This document shows positions 56,109-64,000 of a stretch of 64,000 nt of DNA, in pieces. The notes below the pieces were generated by a model. The model was given only the letters and a program-made list of their open reading frames with translations. It did no database searches and was not told where the DNA came from. This stretch comes from Hyaloraphidium curvatum SAG 235-1. Its lineage: Eukaryota > Fungi > Monoblepharomycota. A program made the translations under genes and the position numbers. The stretch is taken from the NCBI GenBank assembly GCA_025558095.1, contig JAIVFI010000041.1, positions 408,504 to 472,503 of the forward strand, written 5' to 3'. How positions within the stretch are numbered: position 1 is the first letter of the stretch; every line of letters begins with the position of its first letter.

Positions 56109-59100
56109 CTACGCCCCAAGAATCAGCTCCTCATCTACATTCAAACCAAAAGCGACCGGCGCGGGGGCCGGAGCGTTGACAGCGGCGGCTTCGGTGCACA
56201 GCTGAAGCCAGTGTTGGAGTTGGGCCGCGACGCCAAGAGCCCAGGCCACCGCGATCCGTTCGCGGAAGCGCCGCACAAAACGAGAGTAAAGGCCATCGAG
56301 GTCCACGGGCTGCCCATCGCGGCCGACGATCCCGGGATACTGGATGCGCCCCATCTCCGAGGAGAAGCGCGAGAAAGTGGCAGAGACAGCGCTGTACGAA
56401 TCAAAAGCAAGCACGATCAGAGGGTAGAAGTTGGCGTTGAAGACGAAACGGGAGTAGTCCTTCCTGGCGGCCTCGACCCGCCGTTCGACTGCGTGGCCCG
56501 GGACCGAGAAGACCAGGCCCGTGTGCAAATGGGCCATAGAGGTGAGGGTCTTGATCTCGAGCAACCACCGTTTCCGGGTTTCGCGGTGCGTGATGAGAAT
56601 GTCGCCAAGGCGGCCAGCATCCGCAGGCGTGGGCGGGGTGACAGTCTCGTAGCCATGCGCAAGGAGGTTTGGCGGCATGGGGTGCACGCGGAGGAGCGGG
56701 ATGGAGCGAAGCGCCGCGCGGATGGCCGCGCAAATGTCGTCGTGACCAGGACTGAAGAGATCCCGGCCATAGCAGCCCGAGAACGCGTGCTCCCCCGTCA
56801 GCGACATGGCCGATCGCTTGCAGCCCCGCCGGCAGGGCAAGGAAAGACCAGGGTAGTCGGCCTCGTGCAGGAGCGGGAGGCAAAGCCGGAAGCGTACAAG
56901 TAAGCGGAAAAAGTTGTTGCGAATGTGGTTGGCAAGCAGCGCGGGAGAGGCAGTCAGGAAAGCCGACAGGCCGTCCTGCGCCTGGACGAGCCGCTTGCGG
57001 CGCTCCAGACCAGCGGAAGTGTCGGGTTGCAAGGCAATCAGAGCCGCGAGGCGGCGCTGGTCCTCGAGACGCGTAAGGTCGCTCTGCAGGCCGTGCCAGA
57101 CCGGCTGAGCGAAGAAACTGGCGTCCGCAGGGAGCGTACGGCGGGCGGGCGCGGCGCCCACCGGTTGCCCAGCACGCGCAGCCTCGGCGTACGCTGCGGC
57201 CGTGTCATCCTCGACACGCTCAAAGGCGGGGCGGAGGGCCTCGATGACGGGAACCAGTTCCCGCACGTGCTCCACGCCCACACCCCGGGCCGAGGTTCGA
57301 AGACCAAGCATGGCGTCCAAGGGGCCCGCCGTGAGGTTGAGTGAAGACAGGTAAGCCGCCGAGGCCACCTTCTCCGATGACAGAAGCCCCATCCCCGAGT
57401 AGTGCAGACCCAAGAATACCTGCTCCCGCACAGTCCGACCCTCCACCGACAGCGGATACAGATCCTCGGCCCGATCTCCCAGCAAGCGCAAGAAGGTGGT
57501 GAAAAGCGCGTTGTCAAGACGTCGAGCAAAGGGTTGGGTAACCGAGGGGGGGAGAATGCGGAGCCAAAACGAGAAGAGCTGGGTCACACAGAGACGGAGG
57601 AGGGAGTACAGGCCCTGGAGGGAGGGGATGTCGGCCGGCATGGCGTAGCCGAGCGCGGCGCGCTCGATTTCATCGAGAAGAGCGGCAATGGAGTCGATCT
57701 TGGCCGCGAGGAACGACTCCACATAGGCAGGGGTGCCGACCGGGGCACCTACCACCTTGAGGCCGCACGAGCGAGCGAAGTCAGGCGAGCCGGGGCCGAC
57801 GCCGTTGCATGCACCTCGGGGTCGGCCTCGTGAGGCGGGAAGCCAGCGACGCGGATGTTGTGGGCCGCACCGGCCGCGCGCACCCGCTCCAGCACGGCCG
57901 GGTTCGTCGAGAGCGAAAGCAGGTAGCTCTTGTCCGGGCGGTGGGTCATGCCGAGGGAAGAAAGGCCGTCACGCACCTCTCCCAGGACGGCCATGACCGA
58001 GTCCAGCGGCCCGACCACGGTGAGGTCGTCGAGGTACCCAAGGATGAGGCAGTCGGGGTGCCCAGAGCGGATGGGCCGCAGCATGCGGCTCATGGCGCAG
58101 GAGAAGATGGCAGACGACAGCGGGTCGCCCTGGATGTTGCCCTCGTACATGGTGATCCGGAAAAGGAGCTCCGCCGAGCGCCGGTCGCGGAAGTAGGCGT
58201 GGGAAGGGCGCGAGTAAACGAGGTTGTAGTACGGGATAAGCTGAGGCACCTGGCGGACCACCTCGCGCGCGAAGAGGCGGCGCAGCGTATTGAAGGCGTT
58301 CCTAGAGTCGACCTTCATGACGACGTGGTCGGGGAAGGCCGCCAGCCACGCGTTCACCGCGTGGGCGGTCGCCTCCGCGCCCCCGTCCACCCCGTGACCC
58401 AGGTCCTCCTGCTGTTGGAGCTTCCTCAGAAGAGCCTTGTGCCGCACGGCCAGGTACGAGCCCGCGAGCCGCGTGATGCCCTCCATAATGCCAATCGGCC
58501 GGAGCCCCCCCTCCGGCTTGAGCAGAGGGACGAGGATTTGATCCGTGAGGAGCGGCCGGAGCATGGGGGTGTCGAGTCGGCCAGTGCACACGCCATGCAC
58601 CATGGCCGCCAGCGGGCGGAGCTTCCGCCGCGTCGCGTCGTTCTCGCAGTTGTGCACGATGAAAAGTTTGGCCATGCTGAAACCCGACATGCCGGCCCCC
58701 ACGCCGTCCTTCTTCCGGCGCAACCGGGCCCAGATGTCCTCCAGGAAAGCCGCGTCCGTGTAGGCAGGGCAGGGCGCGGGCGCGTTGGGGGGCAGAGACA
58801 GCCGACACAGCGGCTCTCCCTCCCGCGGCCCCGGGTACAGCTCCTCCAGTTCCGCCTGAAGCGTGGGCGTGAAGCCAGCCGGAACGGCCTCCCCCGAGAG
58901 GGCCGCGGACGCAGCACCAGGAGCGCCCTTCAAGGCGGCAAGCACGATGGACTTGAAGAGCTGGTAGTTGAGCGGCCGCAGCCCGTCCCGCCGCGCGCCC
59001 CGGTTGACCTGACGGGCGGCGAAGTAGTTCTGCTCGTACATGTAGTCCCCCGACATGACGTAGCCGCCAAACGCAAGGTAGGCGGTGAGAGTGCGGTGCA

Positions 59101-60019
59101 GGTCGGTTTCCGGTGCCGCCGGGTCCTCGTAGGCCCGTTGGAAAGACTCGCTGGCCCGGAAGGCGAGCGTGCTCCAGGTGGTGGTCCGGTAGCGGTGCTT
59201 CAGCGGCTCCGGCGGCGGCGCCCCCGCGCCCCCGCCCGGCGGCGGATCAGGCCCGGGACCCCCGGGTGGACCACCGTCGCCCGGGTCGCCCGGATCACCG
59301 CCGTTGCCGTGCCCGCCAGCCGCGGCGTTGCCGCCCGGCGCGCCGTCGCCGCCTGGGGGATCACCGCCGTCCGGGGCGGCACGCGCCGCCGCCGCCGCCG
59401 CCGCCAGCGCCGCCCGTTGCGCCTGGCCGTCCTGCGGGGCGTCGGCCGCAACCCGGACGGCCGCAAGGGCCGCCATCAGCGCGGGCGCGGGTGGCGAAGC
59501 ACGGGGAGATGCCGACGATGCCGCTGGTGACGCCGGTCCCTCCGCGCGTCCCGTGGCAGCCGCCCGCTCGGCACGCACGCGGTCGAGGAACTCGACGAGA
59601 TCGGGTGGAAGCGAAGCTAAAGAGACGCCGAGTGGCGGGTTAGCTGCGTCCGGGTTGCACGAGGTGTGCTGTCCAGAAACACCGGCACCAGAGGCGTTTG
59701 CGGCGTAGGGACGCCGGCAACCCCCGCACCGCGCTAGCCCCATGGCGCGCAACGCATCGGCAGACAGGCGCTGCATCGCCAACCAGTGCTCCGGGCTCCG
59801 TGTGACCCGAAGATGACCGTCCCGTTTGTTTTTGTTTGGAGTTGGCTGGAAGCGGCAACCATCAACCGGGCACGCATGGAGGCCGGGTTCAGCAGGCGCC
59901 TCCGCCATCGGCACATCGCCGTCGATGCAAGATTGGTGATGATGAGATAGAGCTCCGATGTTGGCGAAAGCTGCCGCGCAGCGGTGGCAGCTGTAAGGCA
60001 GGAGCGGCGTGCGGCTCAT
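56109..60019 (-). CDS. Zinc finger-reverse transcriptase-RLE polyprotein, with one frame break at about 57756-57814
   Basis: N-terminal C2H2-like fingers; LKPEGGLRPIGI, KVDSRNAFN, QGDPLS and YLDD; then GLKVVGAPVG, CRRGC..HAFSGC, GHDDI, RLGDILI and LLEIK. Confidence 0.9.
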
Positions 60020-60867
60020 GGCGAATACGGTGGCGGCGGCGATGCCGGTGTCCCGCCGCCAGGATCAGCTACCGCGGACGGTGCCTTGTCCGACGAGATC
60101 TCCCAATCGTCGAGCGCATGTGTCCGCATCCAAACCTCCTGTGACTCGGTCAGGTCGCCCCCCGCCCTGTGCCAGGCCGCAAGCGCCGACCACGCGTCAC
60201 CGATAGCATCACGGCCGCCGTCATCGAGGAGCTCGGAACCTGGCCATTCGAGGTGCGCCGGCGAACCGGGCTCCGTGTGAGCATACCAAGGAGGCAAGGT
60301 GCGCGTCGGAGTGGATACTTCCGAGGAGCTCTGCCCCCCCCCGGCCGTTGGTGCCGGCGGCGTGCCGGGGGTTGTGCGGGGCGGCGCAGGCGGCAGCTGC
60401 AAGCTCGGCACGGCGGTTGCAGCTGGGGTTTCCCACGGAGGATGGCCTGGGTGCGCTGAGAGCATGGAAGCGGCCGAAGCCGGGGCATCAGCGATCAAGA
60501 TCTGCGATGACGAGGAGGGAGATACTTCCGAGCATGCCGCCCCTTTCCCCCCCGCTGGTGCCGGCAAGCGGGAGGAGCCGCGGGGCGGCGTGGGCAGAGT
60601 GTGACCCTCGGCCAAGCTAGGCACGGCATTTGGCCGAGGGGCCCCGGGGGACGCGGGGTCAATGTCGGAAGTCTCCCCTGCTGCCGCGAACGGCCTCGGA
60701 ACTCGGTGAGACGTTGTAGATAGTGGTAGTTGGCGTACCGGTGAAGACTGCAAAACAGCAAAAGATGGAGGGGCTGACCGCGCCCGGGAGGTATCCGGAC
60801 GAGCTCGGCGCCGAGAAGAGCAGCCCACTACTCGGCGTTGCCACTTGCTTGGTGGTGTTTTAGGCAT
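60016..60867 (-). CDS. Middle ORF of the retroelement, Pro-rich with Trp-rich C-terminal part, unknown function
   Basis: Fills the whole gap between the flanking ORFs. Its start overlaps the ORF1 stop, and its TGA overlaps the RT ATG (ATGA). Confidence 0.45.
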   Translation of the reverse strand: MPKTPPSKWQRRVVGCSSRRRARPDTSRARSAPPSFAVLQSSPVRQLPLSTTSHRVPRPFAAAGETSDIDPASPGAPRPNAVPSLAEGHTLPTPPRGSSRLPAPAGGKGAACSEVSPSSSSQILIADAPASAASMLSAHPGHPPWETPAATAVPSLQLPPAPPRTTPGTPPAPTAGGGQSSSEVSTPTRTLPPWYAHTEPGSPAHLEWPGSELLDDGGRDAIGDAWSALAAWHRAGGDLTESQEVWMRTHALDDWEISSDKAPSAVADPGGGTPASPPPPYSP

Positions 60868-62998
60868 TCAAGGACGGTGAGCCAGGAGCCGGCAGCAGGG
60901 ATCCGGTTGACGTGGAGGCGGCCTTGGCCTGGGGGGAGCCGAGCTTGCGAACGGCCGCCTTGGCCTTCCGTTCCGCTTTGGCGGATTTGACGTCGATTTG
61001 CTGATACGGCTTGGCAACCTTGTCCGGGTTTGTCCCTGCCACATCCTCCACGGGACGGCCCTTGCCTGCGTGCTTGGGGCCTGGGGCCATCGTAGGATCA
61101 CCAACCGCGGATGCCCCAGCGGCCTCATCGGCCGTGTGCATGTCTTCGCTTGGTGCCTCCGAGTTCGAACCATCACCCTCAGCAGAGGCTTCGGAGGCGG
61201 CGTCGTTTCCACCCGAGGCCTCAGAGCCGGTGGCATCCTCCTCCATCGCAGATTCCGTGCCCTCCATTGCGGGAGCAGCAAGCTCCAGATCCTCCAGCGC
61301 GGTATTGGCTGCAACCTGCTGTGCAGCACTGCTGATGGCGTTCTCAGCGGCCAGCTGGTCGGCACCACCCATGTCCTCGTCCCCATCCTTGTCAGCCGGC
61401 TCCAAAATGGGAAGACCATGGAAATCCATCTTTTCGGCGGCGTCAGACTCCCCCCAATCGACCGAAGCACCGGCACCACCACCACCGAGTGCCGAAAACC
61501 TGTTGTGGGACGCCTTGGCCACTGGCTGGGCAAGAGCTGGGGGCGCAGAGCCTGCGCGCTTGCCGGACGGCCCAGCTGTAAGCCACTCGTTGGCCGCAGG
61601 GGCGGTGGGGGAAGCCAGATGCGGAGGAACGACCTCTTCCCTCAGGGGGGGCAGCCGCGGGGTCGTGGCGGGCTCCACCGTTGGGGGAGAGAGCCGTACG
61701 TTGGCCGGGTTGTGAATGCAGTCCGCCTCGTGCGCACGGCGTGCTTGCGGGCTGGCAAAGGCGCCGGGATTCATGCAGTTGAGACCGTCTGGGCAGTAAG
61801 CACAGTTGGTGCACGTGGCATCGTCACCGACGTGGCCGCCCGTGCGCTTGCAGTGGCCGCACTGTCCGTTGCTACTGTCATAGCGGACAGCTGGGCGAAG
61901 GAGCTTGTGCTGGAGGAGTGTCCCCCACGAGTCAAGGAAGCAGTACGAGGGTGGGCCAATGCGTGCCGCGCGGTCAAAGAAGGCATCAACCCCGCACTGC
62001 GAGACGTCGAAAGTGACCCGCCAGAAGGCGTTGCTGTCGGTGCCCGAGATGGGAGCCGCTTCAATGACTTGGCAAGGGGCCCCATAGTGGTTCTGGAAAG
62101 TCGCGTAGAGGCGGGCCCACCAGTCCGGGCACTCGTGCACCGAACCAGGGACGATCATGGGCCCGATCTTGAGCTCGGCGTGCGTGTCCTTGAAGACAGG
62201 GTGGATGCGCAGCCGACGCGTCGGGCCGTTTGGGAACTTGACCTCCAGCACCCCCTGCTCCACCAAGGCGTTGATAGCGTCTGCCCCGTCGACAGCACCA
62301 ACAACACAGAAGAGGTCCAGTCGCGAGTAACGCGGGTTGTAGCCTCGCGTCTCGGTCGTGAAGACGGTGGTGGGGAAGGTCGCCTTCGCCACGGCTTCGG
62401 CGACGACGCGCCGTCGGTCCTTTGGCACACCGTTGAGGTCGATGAGGCAGTGGGGGACAGGCCCAATGAAGGCCGGCGTGTAGCCCCGACCGTTGGCGTG
62501 CGGTTGCACCCGATCGATGAGCTTGGCGTAGTTGGTGGGCGCCGAGAAAGGCATGGCAGAAGCCAGATGCTCCGCCATCGCGCCGTCCGTGACACGAACA
62601 ATCGGGCGGTCGGGCGAGGTGCGCGACGTTGCTGCGGCGAAAGAGCGAGACCCCAGGCGCGTGGCGGGGGCGGTTGCTTTCGGGAGACGATTCTGCGGAG
62701 CCGGCTCCTCCCGGGCGCCGCCGTTGGCGGACGCGGGGCGGATTTCAGTGGTCGATTCAGCAGCGTCCTCCTTAGAACCTGTCAGCTGAGCCGTAGCACC
62801 AGCGGGGGCCGGCGCGGGCTCCTCTGCCGCGCCAGGGAGGCGAGGAGAGGCAGCGACGCCGGGAGCGTGGGAAGAGTGGACGGGATTCGCAAGCGCCTCC
62901 GAGGAGGCCGCGGCGAGCGCAGGGGAGACCTTGCCATCAGGCAGGACCACGGGAGCGGCCGCATCATTGGGCCCCTGCCCTGTGTCAGGGGGGTCCAT
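60860..62998 (-). CDS. ORF1/gag-like protein of the non-LTR element
   Basis: ATG at 62998; globular core followed by a Cys/His cluster (CGHCKRTGGH..CTNCAYC..C..HEADC); acidic then basic disordered tail. Confidence 0.75.
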   Translation of the reverse strand: MDPPDTGQGPNDAAAPVVLPDGKVSPALAAASSEALANPVHSSHAPGVAASPRLPGAAEEPAPAPAGATAQLTGSKEDAAESTTEIRPASANGGAREEPAPQNRLPKATAPATRLGSRSFAAATSRTSPDRPIVRVTDGAMAEHLASAMPFSAPTNYAKLIDRVQPHANGRGYTPAFIGPVPHCLIDLNGVPKDRRRVVAEAVAKATFPTTVFTTETRGYNPRYSRLDLFCVVGAVDGADAINALVEQGVLEVKFPNGPTRRLRIHPVFKDTHAELKIGPMIVPGSVHECPDWWARLYATFQNHYGAPCQVIEAAPISGTDSNAFWRVTFDVSQCGVDAFFDRAARIGPPSYCFLDSWGTLLQHKLLRPAVRYDSSNGQCGHCKRTGGHVGDDATCTNCAYCPDGLNCMNPGAFASPQARRAHEADCIHNPANVRLSPPTVEPATTPRLPPLREEVVPPHLASPTAPAANEWLTAGPSGKRAGSAPPALAQPVAKASHNRFSALGGGGAGASVDWGESDAAEKMDFHGLPILEPADKDGDEDMGGADQLAAENAISSAAQQVAANTALEDLELAAPAMEGTESAMEEDATGSEASGGNDAASEASAEGDGSNSEAPSEDMHTADEAAGASAVGDPTMAPGPKHAGKGRPVEDVAGTNPDKVAKPYQQIDVKSAKAERKAKAAVRKLGSPQAKAASTSTGSLLPAPGSPSLNA

Positions 62999-63052
62999 TC
63001 CGGGTAAAATTGCGCAGGCCCAAGTGGTCTGACGTCTAAGAGCATCTGCAAT

Positions 63053-63328
63053 CGTTACAAGGAGGTCTTCTGCCCGTGGCCAGGCACGGCACAGGGGTTG
63101 AAGTTCCACATCGACACGGGTGACCATCCCCCCATCTCGCTTCCTCCTCACCGGACGCCGTACAAGCTCCGGCGGTGTCAGGGACTATGCCACCCTGGAA
63201 GGTTCTGAGGCTTTCCCGGACTCTTCCTGGCTCCGCCACACGCACCTACGCCTCACACTGGCGCGGACCGGACTATATAAACCGATAGATCTTTGCCTGT
63301 ACAACCCGAACGTTCGGATAGAGTTACA
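63053..63328 (+). mobile_element. Candidate 5' LTR of the Ty3/gypsy element
   Basis: Ends GTTACA at 63328; TATATAAA at 63274-63281; start is either CGTTACA at 63053 or TGTCA at 63176. No second LTR is available for confirmation. Confidence 0.35.
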
Positions 63329-63444
63329 AGCCCCCGTACTCCGTCTCCCCGTTCTCCCGATCCCGCAGGCCAGGACCGGCCTCCCACGGCTTCTCCTGAC
63401 ATTATCCGAACGTTCATCCCGACACCCGACATCCCGACCCGACC

Positions 63445-63866
63445 ATGGACCCCAACGAGATGCTCGCCCAGATGGCGACGCAGATCCAACAGCAGCACCA
63501 GTTCAACCAGCAGCTGCTCGCTGTCGTTCAACAACTCCAAGCCCAGCAGCAACCTGCAGCCCCGCAGATCCGGCTCAAGGTGGCAGCGCCCGACCGTTTC
63601 GACGGGAAGCGCACCCACCTCCGCGGGTTCCTCGCCCAAGTCCAGCTCAACTTCGAAGCCAACCGACGGCGTTCGAGAACGATCGCCGCAAGACCACTTT
63701 CGTCGGCAGCTACCTCGGGGGCACCGCTCTCGAATGGTTCACGCAGCTGCTCGAGGGTGATGACGAGATCCTCGACGACTACGACGAGTTCGTCGAAAGA
63801 CTCAAAGCCATGTTCGGCGACGCCGACGAAGCCCGCCGCGCCGAAGCCGCTATCAAGAAGCTTAGG
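63445..63866 (+). pseudogene. Ty3/gypsy gag (capsid) N-terminus, frameshifted and truncated by the telomere
   Basis: PDRFDGKRTHLRGFLAQVQLNF, 1-nt frame jump at about 63663, then SYLGGTALEWF..YDEFVERLKAMFGD..AEAAIKKLR. Confidence 0.88.
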
Positions 63867-64000
63867 TTAGGTTAGGTTAGGTTAGGTTAGGTTAGGTTAG
63901 GTTAGGTTAGGTTAGGTTAGGTTAGGTTAGGTTAGGTTAGGTTAGGTTAGGTTAGGTTAGGTTAGGTTAGGTTAGGTTAGGTTAGGTTAGGTTAGGTTAG
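63862..64000 (+). repeat. Telomeric repeat (TTAGG)n
   Basis: 27 perfect TTAGG units plus TTAG, running to the window end with the G-rich strand oriented outward. Confidence 0.97.

Larger units (their letters stand above)
56011..63050 (-). mobile_element. Non-LTR retrotransposon, CRE/Cnl1/MoTeR-like (RT plus restriction-like endonuclease), 5' end facing the telomere
   Basis: RT and RLE motifs; ~100-nt 3' UTR ending ...TAACACAAAA at the repeat junction. The 5' boundary is approximate. Confidence 0.88.

Noticed and set aside
38670-59530. Long antisense or alternate-frame ORFs (e.g. 38670-40796, 41844-43793, 46916-49174, 57809-59530)
   Set aside because: These are Arg/Gly/Pro-rich shadows of real genes, expected from high GC3.
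10754-64000. Arthropod contamination, suggested by TTAGG and GR-like genes
   Set aside because: The genes are interleaved with Zn2Cys6 factors and share their GC content and intron style.

Overview
This is the right-hand end of a chromosome from a GC-rich, intron-containing eukaryote. Zn(II)2Cys6 regulators and short introns with CTGAC/CTCAC/CTAAC branch points point to a fungus; an early-diverging lineage is my inference. About 55 kb is gene-dense and subtelomeric. It holds four Zn2Cys6 transcription-factor paralogs and three paralogs of a 7-TM membrane family whose topology and C-terminal 'GF-x-I/V-D + amphipathic helix' signature resemble insect gustatory/odorant receptor-like ion channels (7TMIC/GRL). 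Two of the three sit directly next to a Zn2Cys6 gene. Also present are several bacterial-looking, intron-poor enzymes (S66/MccF peptidase, SAM methyltransferase, CDF transporter, MhpD-like hydratase), a stand-alone Pol-beta 8-kDa domain, a sorting nexin with an extra C2 domain, and orphans and pseudogenes. The last 8 kb contain a CRE-clade-like non-LTR retrotransposon (RT plus restriction-like endonuclease, three chained ORFs) whose 3' end abuts the second copy of a duplicated, structured ~135-bp unit. It lies head-to-head with a Ty3/gypsy gag that is cut mid-gene and capped by (TTAGG)n telomere repeats, apparently seeded on a native TTAGG inside gag. All family calls come from motif recognition by eye, with no database searches. 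Several 1-nt frameshifts could be assembly errors.
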